DNA of 64,000 nt. Origin: the human T2T-CHM13v2.0 reference genome, Homo sapiens. This document shows, one piece after another, positions 1-12,061 of the stretch; position 1 is the stretch's first letter; every line of letters starts with the position of its first letter. The notes beneath the pieces are model-generated. The model was given only the letters and a program-made list of their open reading frames with translations. It searched no databases and had not been told where the DNA came from. The stretch lies in the NCBI RefSeq assembly GCF_009914755.1, contig NC_060931.1; one strand, given 5' to 3'. The position numbers and the translations under genes were made by a program.

Positions 1-596
1 CCAATGCACATTGCCATTTCCTTTCATCCTACTTTACCCAATCATAGTGTTTTCCCACATCAGAAAAATTTTCCAGTGTATAAGAGAAGCCTTTGGACTG
101 TGAGTATATATAAGCCTGTTCCTGCCTTTGGGGTCCCACAACGACACAGTAGGCTCACAGTCTAAGCCAGGTGCCCAGTTTCCATCTGGACTCCTGACAA
201 ACTGTGTGGTCAGGATTTAGAAATCAGAAACCTGGGAAAGGTGCAATGTGATGGACACAGCCACCCCAAATACCGTATATGTTATCACCATCGTTTAACA
301 CGTAGTGCAGGAAATCCTTTTCTTTGCCAAAGAACTTCAAAGGACCACTTCTAGTTCTCTTGGGTAACATTTATTTTTTCTTTGCTAACACCAAAGCGCA
401 GACAGATACATATTTTTTCTTTAGTAAATTGCTAGTGGCACTCCATTTTTTTCCCTCCCATCTTCAACCCATTGTCCAATAGACCTCTTAAATTTCCCCA
501 CCCTTCTAGGCTGAAGAGCTGTATCTTGCCACTTATAAAGACTTACTTATTGCCCTTACCTATTACTTTGTTTGGCCAAGCACTTTCTCTTTCTTT

Positions 597-771
597 TCTT
601 TTCTTTTTTTTTTTCTTTTTTAGAGACAGAGTCTCACTCTGTCCCTCTGTCTGTAATGTGGAGTGTAGAGGTGTAATCCTGGCTTACTGCAGCCTCAAAC
701 TCCTGGGCTCAAGTGATCCTCCTGCCTCAGCCTCCCAAAGTGCTGACATTACAGGCATAAGCACTACACCG
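597..771 (-). mobile_element. Monomer-length Alu (FRAM-like or internally recombined AluJ)
   Basis: Poly-T followed by gagacagagtctcactct...cctcccaaagtgctg..attacaggc; exact 14-bp TSD CTTTCTCTTTCTTT at 583-596 and 772-785. Confidence 0.88.
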
Positions 772-1011
772 CTTTCTCTTTCTTTATTGGGTTCTAAATT
801 TCTTTCTCACCTTTCGGTCCCAATGTGTTGATCAGCCTTCTCTGCTCAGTGTGAATTTTCTCTGGGTGTCTGAGTAACTTTCTTTTCTATGAAGACCTAT
901 CTCGCATATTTTACTTACTTTTGAATTTTAAACATATAAGCCTTCATTTGAAGGCATCAGAAATAAATACATGATATTAGGTCCTATAAGTGACTCAGAC
1001 ATCTCATGTTC

Positions 1012-1215
1012 TTTCACTGGTTTATTCATGCTATTAATATACATCTGTGGAATGCCTACTATGGTCCAAGCACCACGGGATAGAGTTGTGAATACAAACA
1101 TCCTATGTTCCAGAGGAAAAGACATGGAACAAGTAACTAGACGCTTGATTATTGTTCTGTGTTTCCATTACTCCATGCATTGTGAGAGATGGATTTTATG
1201 AAAATACAGCAGAAA
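1012..1215 (-). mobile_element. L2 3'-end fragment
   Basis: tttattcatg...gaatgcctactatggtccaagcac...gggatagagttgtgaa resembles the reverse complement of the L2 3' end. Confidence 0.5.
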
Positions 1216-1811
1216 GAGGCAACTCTTATTCTGATCGTTGGATCCCAGATGTCTTGTCATGTATTCCAATCACGCATCCTCATTCCACAGGTTGTTGAGC
1301 TTGTGTCCTCAGTCCTGAGATTATGATTTGGAAAGGTAGTCGTTTTCTTAAAAAATGTATATATATGGTTGGGCACTCTTATAGGACTAAAAATGAAAGG
1401 GAAAAAGCCAGTGTGCTTGTCATGCAAAGCAGGATGCAGAGTGACTATTCACTAAATCACAGTATTATGCACTTACCACAAAAATCATTTTCAAATCTGA
1501 TATTCATCCTTCAAGTCAGAGAAGGCAGGCACTAAATATCTCTGATGCAAACCTCACATCAGGATGGCAGCAGAGTGGTAAGGAAACTTTAAGGCATTTT
1601 CTCACATGCTTTACTCTAAGGGTGGGTAGTTATTTTTCATCTCCTCGTAGCTGTATGTTATAACAAGATGAATGGGCCTATGGCTTGCCGGAAGCCATAA
1701 CTCTCTATGTAGTTGACATGACTAGATTCCCAGTTTTGGCCTTTGAGAGCTTGAGAGTAGAATAAAAACATTGACTCCTCCTGACCTTTCCCCTGTGTCT
1801 TCTCTGGGCAG

Positions 1812-1984
1812 AATATCTCGATGCATAATGCAGTTGGTGGGGCCATGACGGGGCCCGGAACTCACCAGCTTAGCAGCGCTCGGCTGCCCAACCATGACAC
1901 CAACGTTGTGATTCAGCAAGCCATGCCGTCGCCTCAGTCCAGCTCTGTCATCACTCAGGCACCTTCCACCAACCGCCAGATCGG
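1812..1984 (+). CDS. CREB5: CREB5 internal coding exon (173 nt, phase 0 to phase 2; about residues 98-155 of the long isoform, probably exon 5)
   Basis: Polypyrimidine tract and acceptor (ctgacctttcccctgtgtcttctctgggcag|AATATC); donor ATCGG|gtaagg. Translates as NISMHNAVGGAMTGPGTHQLSSARLPNHDTNVVIQQAMPSPQSSSVITQAPSTNRQI-G, which I recognise as the CREB5 segment between ...EEESSKR and PVPGSL.... Locally CpG-rich. Confidence 0.97.
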
Positions 1985-2410
1985 GTAAGGAGCCCTCCTT
2001 GGCTGCCCCTGGGTCCTGGCTGGAACTCAGGAAATGTCCTGGACTTCCTCCTGGTTTCTGGTGCTCAGATTGGTTGGTTTTTCTGGCTGTCATGATATTG
2101 CCTAGAGCTCAGAGTGATGCTTTTGATGGGAGAAGGGAGGAGTCTCTGCTTGGTAGAAGCTGTTTTGATCTTGGACTTTGGGTGGTAGGGGTAGGGTGGG
2201 GAGCAAGTCATTCTGTGTCATCATTTCTTCAGACAAGATTTATGAACTTTAAGATGACTGTGGGAAAACCCATGGTTGTTATGGAGACCAGAGTATAGTG
2301 CGCAGAACAAACATGGTGGAGGGAAGTTCTACCAGCTCAGCCTTGTCTCCAACAGAGTGTGCCCTTCCCTTCCTGGGAGCTGCCACACTCATCACCTCAT
2401 CTTCTGTGTA

Positions 2411-2764
2411 CAGCAATCCCTCCCTGTCCGTGAGAGATAAATTCCAAGCTGCCCAATGGATACCTGAAAGTGCAGATAGTACCAAACCCTGTGTGTGATA
2501 TGTGTTTTCCATCTGATAACTGAGATAGCTATTAAGTGACTACTGGGTGGGGCGTGTCCACAATGTGGACACGGTGGACAGGAGGGATGATTCACATCCT
2601 GGGGGGCATAGCTTGGGACAGCATGAAGTTTCATCATGCTACTCAGAATGGTGAGCAGTTTAAAACTTGTGAATTGTTTATTTCTGGAATTTTCCTTTTA
2701 ATATTTTTGGACCACGATTAACTGAAACTGTAGAAAGCAAAACCACGGATAAGGGGGACCACCA
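2411..2764 (-). mobile_element. MER44 (Tigger7-derived) DNA transposon relic
   Basis: Degenerate TIRs cagcaatccctccctgtccg / cggataagggggaccacca with TA flanks; internal gaattgtttatttctggaattttcc...aatatttttggacc typical of MER44. Confidence 0.85.
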
Positions 2765-2808
2765 TATTTCCACAGTCGTCCCGCCCTCTGCTTATTCTTC
2801 CCTGCTTC

Positions 2809-2880
2809 TCCTTCTTGTAACTGCCTCCTTACTAGCCCTCTCCTTCCTGTTACTGCCTCCTTATTAGCCCTCTCCTTCCT
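2809..2880. repeat. Tandem duplication, 32-bp unit, about 2.3 copies
   Basis: tccttcttgtaactgcctccttactagccctc / tccttcctgttactgcctccttattagccctc / tccttcct. Confidence 0.85.
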
Positions 2881-3077
2881 CTACATTGGTCCATGCTGAT
2901 TTCTGGAGTAGACAAAGCAAAGAAAGCAGGCCCCTCTCTCTCATTTATGCAAATGGTCAATACTGAGGCATTGAGGAAAAATTGGTAGAAAGATCCTGTC
3001 ATTGAACACCAGATACTCCATGTCATGTGATGGAAAGAGCTTTCCCTTCTGGGTATCCTGTGTTAGCTCTAGCCCCT

Positions 3078-3160
3078 CGCAATGTGCCAAGTGTGGTCTG
3101 AGGATCCGCAGCGTGGGCATTTCCAGGGAGCTTCTCAGAAACGCAGAATCTCTGGCCCAG
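3078..3160 (+). mobile_element. MER5-family (hAT-Charlie) fragment
   Basis: aagtgtggtctgaggatccgcagc...gggagcttctcagaaacgcagaatctctggccc matches the MER5 left half. Confidence 0.65.
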
Positions 3161-6100
3161 CTTCCTTATCCCCAGAATGAGGATGGTGTCTGCTCTTTCC
3201 AGCCTCATGAGAGTAAAGATGAAATAAAAGATTTAAGAGCACATGGGTTCTTAGGAAGAAAAGGTAATAACTTTAAGCCAAAGAGCTGTGATAAAGTTCT
3301 GTTGCTGGTCGCTGAGAACTGGCTGCTCTATGCTTCCAGAATTCTGTTTAAAATGAGAAGGGGCGCTTGCTGTGTTTGGTATGTGCATCAACATTCTGTT
3401 TGAATTTTCAGTCAAATATTGGAAGTGATAATTAAAAACTTAGAAACTGCTCCACAATTTGTCAGTAGGTCTTTTCCCTCTTGTTTTTCGGTGTTATAAG
3501 AATTCCAGACCTGCAGGGAACACTGGCTTATTCCTCCCTAGGATATTCCAGAAGGGGCACCTTGTCTCACATTTTCAACTTACCAGGAATGGCTGTGATA
3601 CGTTAAGACCCACCTTAAGAAATGAGAGTAATGGGTAATGGGTAATGACCATTTTGTGAGTTTGCTGTGGGTGCGTTTGGTTTTCTATTCAAGAAACAGA
3701 ACATTAACCTGGCCCTTCGAATGCTCGGCTTTGTTGAAAGGAGTCAATGCTAGGTTGGTAAGTGTCTCTGCTAAAGATTTCTTTTCTTCTCAAATGACCA
3801 TGAGAGCAAATGTTGCTGCTATCTAAATCAAGAACCCATAGAGTGCTAAGAGGGTGGAGTAGATTCATTAAAGACAGCATCTAAATCTCCAGGGACTTCT
3901 CTCAAGTGGCTTGGCTTTCAGCAGACAATTCACAGTTATGCCAGCTAATTATAATTATTTTATTTTTCTTTCAAGGGGAAAAAACATAAAATGTGCTAGA
4001 GTTTACTAGCAGTTTTACAGCATTCCTTCCCCCCTGGAGTTCTCCTGCCTCCCTCTCCCTGCCACCCCCCACCAACTACCCTTTTGGAGGCCCTTAGTAT
4101 TCAGCCATTGTTAGCACAAAGCTGGTCTTTATGAAACAGTCTTTTGAGGGCTAGCAATAAAGTTTAAGATGAGTGCTGACTCTGTTGATAATTTACCCAG
4201 CTGGCCCAGGACTGTACATTTGGGTGACATTTGTAGGCTGTGTCACCATGCCTGGATGGAGGCGGGTGTTTCTGTGGTATGGACGCCTTTTGGACACACT
4301 CCATCTTCCCATTTATTCTCCAGCCTGGGGTGTTGTGTGTCGCTCCTGGTGTGTTCTAGGAGATAATTGTCACTTTTAGGACTCTGTCTCATTGCCAAGC
4401 CCGAGGGAGGCTATTTCTTTTATTCAGATTCCTCCCTGGTGTGTTTGCCATGTTGATTCAAACCCACACATCTTGTCGTTTCCATTTTTCTCCATCCAAA
4501 ACCTTGCCCGGATGATCCTGGAGACTCAGCAAGAAATAACCCAACCCATCTCACCAGTGGATTCAGTATGAAACTCTAGGTGGTAACATTTGGGGACGGT
4601 TGACTCTTTTATTTCTCTCAGGAAAGAGGAAATGAGTACTTATTTGAAAACACGAGTTCCCTCTGGAGACTGTGTCTTTAAATGAGCATTTGAAATTGCA
4701 GATAGCTTTTTTTTTACTTTATTTTTTTTGAGGCTGCACAGAACCATATTGTAGTAATATTCTGATTTTTATCACAACCTCAAATATTTAAGTGTCAAAA
4801 TCTGGCCAAGCCACCTGCAAATGTTTGCCATGGCTACTGGCCAAGAAAAACAGCAAACAGCAATGAAAGTCTTCATTCAGGCTCAGTGCTTAAGCTGCAT
4901 CCAGCCAGAAAGGCTGGGACCCACCTGTGCCCACGCATAGTGCTCTTGTGCTGCGGCCAGCGGGTGTGTTCATGGCTGAGACTTTGTGGGAGAAGGGGCC
5001 ACCTGGCTCCTGCTCCCCCCTCTTCCCTTCCCTTCTATCAGTGCTTGGCTGCTGCAGGCAACCCCAAGTTTTCGCTCTTCTCTGTCTCCCTCTTTTCACA
5101 GTACAAAATTTAAGCTTGGAGGCTTGAATGTATTGAGAGAGCTATCAACATAAAGGACTTGAAAATGGGAGTAGTGCCAGTTATCAGGGAGGACTTTGGG
5201 GACAAAGGGTAGGCATCCTCATAAGCATTTGATTTTCATGCTTTTTGAACAGGCACTGAGCCAAACCAGACCAAAATGAGTGCAAATGCAAAAATCCAAA
5301 GAAGTAATGTTAAAAGGAAGTAGACAAACAACACGTGCAACTTCCATTCCATACCACAGCAATCCATACCATGCCCTGCGCTCAATTCTGTGAAAGTAGT
5401 GCCATTACCTCAATAGAAACCAGAGGTAAATATAAATATCTCAAATTGCTCTTGTGTGGTTGGGCAGACTAGAAAAACACACAGCTATGGAGAGTGTGGG
5501 AGGCATCCCCAAACTAGTGACTACTTGTGCTTAGTCAAACTGGCAGACGCTCTGCCGGGAAGAGTGTCTTTGGCTGATTGATGGTAGCGTTTTCAGAGAT
5601 AAGTTTCCCAGATGGAAAAAAAGAGTGAGCCATGGGCTGTGGGGAAGACAAGTGAGACAGAAAACAAGCATGTATTAAATAGAGATAAAATCGATCCAGC
5701 CTTGAACCAAATATGTGGCAGAATCCAAACAGTATCTCTCCTCCAGTCATTTTTATTAGCTATCATGTAACAGGCTCATTAATTCAGGATCAAGTCAGCA
5801 AAGCCTGGGAAAATGGCAGAAGGGTAGGTAGCACTACTGGAAGTTAACACACTCTCTCTGTCTCTTTGTTTCTTATCATCTAAGACATTTTTGTAGGAGT
5901 CAATAATCCGTTGAGTAGATGGCTATAATCTTAATAGATCCCAGCTTTCTTAACTAAGTTGATTCTTCTTTATGGATAAGTGATAGTATATAATTTACAC
6001 TCAGTAATTCTTCAGGAGAGCAATGAAGATAATATGGAATTTGGAGTTCTACAAGAATGGATTTCAGTACAGAGCTCTGACGGGTTATGGGAGACGCTTC

Positions 6101-7702
6101 CAAAATATTCTACATATTTTTTTCTTACCTTTTACTTCTTTGTAGGGCACTGGCCAAATATATCTAACATTAGAATATACAAATGTGGAGTATTCTGGTT
6201 AAGAGAATGAATTGGCCAGCTGCATCAGGAAACTCAGAAATATGTTCAACAGAATGCATATATGAAGACATTTACGTAAAAAAACCCTCCCTGATTTTAC
6301 ACCAATTTTAATCCTGGAACATATATTTCCACATGATGCGTAACTTAGGCATTTGGTTATAAACCCTATTTGCATGGGGCTGTAGCTAGACAACAGAGAC
6401 ATAAAACTTAGCCAGAAATTTATATAAAATATCATAGAAGAAAATCTTGTTTTATGTAAAGATGAAAAGGTGCCAAGACTTATAAATTGTACCTCCTCTT
6501 ACCTTTTCTGTGCCTCTTTATCCCTTTTCTCTTTGCAATCCCAGATGCTATGTGTCATGCAGAATATTAGATGTAGTTCAATGGACATGGCTGAGGAAAA
6601 CAAACAAGCAAACAAAGAAAAATAATAATAAAAAGAAAAGCTGATTACATCTCAAAATTTGTTGGTGGCAGAAGCAATGCTACGAGTCATGTGGCTTTGC
6701 TGTGTGAGTTCACGTTCCTGCCCAGTGTTCCCTCAAGATGGGAATGTTAATACATTTGAGGGTGTTGTGTCATTGTTGCTGGGGGTGGGGAAAGAACAGT
6801 AGAGAAGTGGGTAAATGATGCCATCACTGAAGGTCATGGCTTAAAGAAGACCTAAATGACAAAGCAGCTTACAGGTTAAGAATGTGTTTGCCCTGTCAAT
6901 GCATATGCGTATGAATCTATTTTTAAGAGCTTCCTAAAGCTCCTCAAACCAAAGTGAGCATGAGTAAGACTGTCGCTATCTACCACAAGCTAATGCTGGG
7001 GATATTCAGGCCAGCCTCCTTCCTGCTGGAGACAGCGGGGCAGCAGGTCCCGGCTTGTCACTGGTCCTCAGCCCTTAGCCAGGACAACTTGAAGCCCCTT
7101 TGAGTAATGCAGACCAGAAGTCATTATTTCCTGCTTTGTGTTTTGCTGAATATCACGGCTATGAACATAGCTTTATTGTTGGAAAGTTGCTGTATCTTTC
7201 ACAGCCCCGAGAACATTTACGAGGGCCCTTCTGGGGGATGCTTTCTGGGAGGGTTGACAGACTTAACCATATGGCTCCCGTTAAATCCCATGCAGAGCCT
7301 TGAGAAATTACCTCTGACAAGGGGGCCGGCAGCCTTCCACTCACGGGGTTTTATGTGTGGAACGAAACATAAAGTACTGATACTTGAGGAAATATAATGT
7401 TTCTTAACATTCAAAAGTTGTAACACCACATGGTATTGTGGTCAGATGAAGGGGGTAGAGCCAGAACATGGGAGCAAATGGCTGGGTATTCTGAGAGGCA
7501 GAAAAATACCCCAGCTCTCGTCTTCGAATCTGGTCCTTGCCTCTGATTCTTCAGGCAAGCATTGTGTCTTAGTGTCATCTCAGCTTCCCACCTGGAACAC
7601 AGCAAGCCTGCTCTACTCGGGAGAGAAAATCAGAGGTAACTCCCCAATGGCTCAAGCCCTTCGTTAGAAAGGGCCTTGATACTGACACTGAAGAAGAGAA
7701 AG

Positions 7703-7918
7703 GAAGCTAATATTTATTCAGGATCTACTACGTGTCAGGCATTGAGCTAGCTTTGCATGTTATTTCCTGTAATTCTTCAATAGCTCAGAGAGGTAGCTGT
7801 TATTTACCCCAATATTATTGCTCCAAGAAGAAAAGTAACTTGTCCAAAGTCACCCAGCCAGGGAGATAAACAGAGTTTTGAATATGGGTCTATTGGACTC
7901 AAAAGCACATGTTTCCCC
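7703..7918 (-). mobile_element. MIR SINE
   Basis: agctaatatttatt...tactacgtgtcaggca...aagtaacttgtccaaagtcacccagc MIR core, reverse orientation. Confidence 0.75.
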
Positions 7919-8509
7919 ATGCTCCTGACCGTGGCAATACCAGTGCCGTGGAAGACCCATGACTGTGCCTGAGACTGGCAGAATCATCTACAGGAGTTAG
8001 CTAATGCTCAGTCTATCTGTTTACAGTGTCAAACACTTCATCCCCTCATGTGTAAGAAAACTATAGCATCACAGAGAAGTGATGGCCCTGTCTCCAACAT
8101 TTGGTTGCTCTATATTTGGCTTCTTAGCTTGCAGGAAGACCACTATTCCCTGCCCAAATGCAATTCAACTTCCAGATTTGTTCCATTTCCTGAGGGGACA
8201 GTTGGCTTTGCCTGTGAGCTTTTCTTGGAGGAAGACTTCATTTCTGGAACTTCTACACAGAACCTGGCCCTCAGAGTTCCTGAAGCTTCCATGTAAGTGT
8301 CTCAGTGTGCATTTCCTCCCTCCTATTTTTGGAAAAGATAGGCACAAATGAGGGACTACTTCTACAGCAACTAGCCTGGAATCATTCTTTCTGTGCTTAC
8401 AGTAAATCTAGACATTTGTTCTTTTGTGCAGCATATTGAAAAGATATGCCTGGAATACGAGAGCTTGCTTGGAGCAAAACCATGGCAAGTCAGAGGGGAG
8501 TCAAGGAAA

Positions 8510-8680
8510 AGCATTGTCATGGGTTCAGAGTTCATGGATTTTAGACATTCAGGCTCTGCCATTTAAAACATTTGCCACCTTGGCTAAGCGCTCAGCTTCC
8601 CCAGGCCTGGTTTCCTTTACCTACATATAAAGGGGTTAGCCAATTAATTGAGTCAGTCTCAGCTCCAGAATTCTCATTCA
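8510..8680 (+). mobile_element. MIR/MIR3 SINE fragment
   Basis: ggctctgccattta...ccttggctaagc...ggcctggtttcctttacct...aaaggggtt. Confidence 0.55.
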
Positions 8681-8984
8681 CTGCCTCTTTTCTGTCTCAA
8701 ATTTATTCTCTCTTTTGGTTGTTTTCTTCCAGGAGCCAAGTTTGGCAGAAGCTCTAGATTATCTGACCTCCTAGATATGTTCACATAGCCCAGAGAGTGA
8801 GAACAGAATAGGGTTTGGGAAGAGAAGCCCACGGCAGTAAAAGGGAGGGGTCCTAACATATGAAGTCAGAGACACTTGACTTCTAGGCTCAACTCCTAGG
8901 TGAATAACAGCAACCTCTTCTCTTTGTCAGGTGCTGTTTACAAGGCACATCTCTACTAGTTTGGCATGCATGATTCTGTTACCC

Positions 8985-9225
8985 AGGAATTAATACACCC
9001 ATTTTGCAGTTGAGTAAAGTAAGGTTCAGAGATTAAGTGACTTGCCCCAGGTCATAGTGATAATGGCCAGAGCCAGAACTCGAATCCAGACCACCTACTC
9101 CATGCACTATCCCACAGTTCCCAAGAAACTTAACTTTCCCAGGTTTAAGTTTTTTCACCTGTAAAATTGGGGGGTGGGGTACCACTAGAAAATTCTTGAA
9201 GTTCTTTTCAGCACTAAAATGTTAA
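8985..9225. mobile_element. Two adjacent MIR-family fragments (minus then plus)
   Basis: cccattttgcagttgagtaaagtaaggttcagagattaagtgacttgcccc, then tttttcacctgtaaaattgggg...gttcttttcagcactaaaat. Confidence 0.65.
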
Positions 9226-10449
9226 TTATTTTCATAATGAATTTAATTTTGTAAACTACTTGGTAAGGTAACTTCTCTGGGGACTCAGTGCTGCGTGTGT
9301 GACTAGGTATAGCTTCCTCTCTTGAAGTAATCTTATCAGGAAATTGTTCTTTTATTCTCACTCTGCTAACAGTGGCTTATTTTCGGAGCTTTAACTAGAA
9401 AAACAACTAAAATAGTAAACATGTAAAACAAGTCCAACGCAAGAGATCTGGATGATGGTTTTGCCAGAGACAGTTCTATGGGAAAATGCAGTCCACTGTC
9501 TTGTATTCTAGAATTATTATTATTTGGGGAATTATTTTGTGGAAGATCTGAAACACAGCTTTAGCTCATATCACTGGTTAGTGTCTTCCTCTGTGTAAGC
9601 CTTGGATAAGGTGCCATGTGAGTGAATATTTGGGAATGAGAGTATGTAGTCTCCCATAACGCAAACTGAAAAAATTAGCTGTTCTTTTCTGTACTTGTCA
9701 TAGTTCCTACATCAAGATTGGCTCAGTATTTCCTGTTTACAAATCCAGAAGCAAGAATGAAAACCTAGCAGGTTCACATGGCTTGTGGTGTTTAGAGAGA
9801 GTCCCATGACTGAATATAACCATTTATTGAAGAATATCAAAAAGAGAATTAACATGGGAAAATGATTAGTATGTGCAGTGCCCTGTGTGAACTGAACATG
9901 TTAGGAGAAATTTGAATTGAACCTGGTTATTCAGAGCTGGTCCTTTGGAACTGGAAGTACACTTTGCTTTTTTGAAGATTGAACACGTCCAAGTAATAGG
10001 GCGGTGTCCCTGCGGGCATTTCAGATATTTGGAGCTTTTATATTCTATAATACTATATGTCTCCTAAAATGTAAATAACTCTTGTCTGAACTGTTTGATA
10101 GATTCTGAATTAAAAAAGAAGCATTAATCTAGAAATTTGGAGATAGCCTATGATGCCCTTTGCATGTATGATATATTCATGTAATCAGATACTTTGAGAT
10201 TCAAAAGATAGCTCATTCAACAGCTTCTTTACTATCTATTTTTCATTTATGTTTCACCAAATAAATTTTCTCTACAATCATCTTTTATATCCTTTCTAAT
10301 GAAGATTTAAAGATTACATAAACACCATTAGCATTTTACCTTTGATTGAATCAGAATAACACATAAACATCCAATTTGATCTCAAATTTTGAATGTAAAG
10401 GGAATCCTTGATATTAAGATTCTGGTATATACAGATGGAATCCTATTTC

Positions 10450-10650
10450 AATGAGGCAGTGCAACATCATTGCTCTAGGGATAGAAAGCCAAGGCTGGTG
10501 ACTCTGACTGTACCATGCATGAGCTCTAGACTTTGAACAGGCTTCTTTACCTTGCTGGGGGCCTGACTTTTCCATCTTGTAAAAAGAAAGAATGAAACTA
10601 GGTTGTCTAATAAATGCTTTCTCGTAGCTCAAATTCCCAGGAATTCTGAA
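10450..10650 (+). mobile_element. MIR3-like SINE
   Basis: gaggcagtg...gcctgacttttccatcttgtaaaaag...tagctcaaatt. Confidence 0.5.
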
Positions 10651-11875
10651 ACAAGCTCTTAGGAACAAGTGTGTTTCCTTATCATGGCTCACACCCTACA
10701 ACAACACTACTTGGCTGACATAGACTGCTGAAGAAGAATTCTACAAAACGCATTCATTCACATTTAGCAGGTAGTCTAGTAATCCATTTGCCAGGTATGT
10801 TGTGCTTTTGGCAAATATCAACTAAAAGTTCCTGTAGTGTAATAAACATTCTTAATGGTACCAGACGCATTTCAAGGAATTTGGAGTTTTATAGTTTTCC
10901 CCCCTTTGGCAAAGTGCATTTTGGCTGATGATTAGGCCAGTAAAGTCTGTAAAATGATAGGACCCTTGTGAGCATTGGGTAGCGACATGATGGAATGTGC
11001 TTGGTTTGCTTTTGCAGGGTCACAGAACTTTGCAGAGAACAGATGGCCCCAAACATCTTTGAAATGCTAGAAATGACTTCCTGAATAACCACATGCCCAT
11101 CATATCTTGGTCCAGCGATGGTAATTCACAAGCCAAACACATAGCACTTTACAGCTGACCTCCAATGTATTATTTTTAGTCTATGGAATGCATGAACATT
11201 TTCTACATGAATAATCATAATGATAACTGGAACCTGGAAGAGCAAATACCCATCCCCGAATCACTGAGCCATTGAACACTTGTCAGATGAGCAATGACAT
11301 TCTTAGAATCTATAGGGGCAGGAGGCTAAGCATTTGACCGACTCTCAGGGATCTCTGCTTAGCAAGTCACTTCATCTCATTTTTCTCAAGAGTCTTGCTC
11401 AAATTGCATATTTAAAGAGATAAGCAGTAAGGTACTAGATTAAAGAGAAGGTAAATGAGGTAGTAGCTGATTCCATTCCAGTATTGTTTGGGTTGTGGGA
11501 GGGAAGCCTACTGGATGAATCTGCAAACTCAGTGAAACCAGTCTACTTCTAAAGTCCTTCCAAAGCCCCATGTTGAGTCAGTGTATATTTAAATGCCAAA
11601 ACTAAACAAAAGGCAACCTATAGATGCCTACTCCAAATCATAGACTTTCTAAAACATTGAAAGAATTAATTTAAAATAATTCAACTAAGCTTCATGCTGT
11701 TAGAGGTGACTGATGAATTTTACAGACCAGGTACACCCAAATAAAAATCTGATGAAATAAAAGTCTGGAATTGGAGAAAGTTGAAGACTTTTAACTAAAA
11801 GGAAAATGAGGGGTGTCTGTGTGTGTGGGGGGGGCATGTGGTGTCAACTGCTAGATTTGTCCCAATCCCCCCCCA

Positions 11876-11876
<1 letters not shown>

Positions 11877-11920
<44 letters not shown>
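11877..11920. repeat. (CA)22 microsatellite
   Basis: Read directly. Confidence 0.97.
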
Positions 11921-11922
<2 letters not shown>

Positions 11923-12014
11923 AGATAGCTGCTACTTATTTAACGCAGCTCTGTAGTCAGGCACTTTGCAGAGAACCAGAGGAGTGAGTTTGTCGAAATC
12001 TCATTTGGCAAATT

Positions 12015-12016
<2 letters not shown>

Positions 12017-12060
<44 letters not shown>
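12017..12060. repeat. (TG)19 microsatellite followed by short (AG)n
   Basis: Read directly. Confidence 0.97.

Positions 12061-12061
<1 letters not shown>

Larger units (their letters stand above)
1..1811 (+). other. CREB5: 3' end of the CREB5 intron upstream of the exon
   Basis: Ends in the acceptor AG at 1810-1811; no other CREB5 coding sequence recognised. Confidence 0.9.

Noticed and set aside
1722-2093. 123-aa minus-strand ORF over the CREB5 exon
   Set aside because: Antisense shadow of a GC-rich coding exon; no recognisable protein.
11456-11466. TGAGGTAGTAG, matching the let-7 5' end (also TGAGGTAG at 40557)
   Set aside because: The match stops after 8-11 nt and no precursor hairpin is evident.
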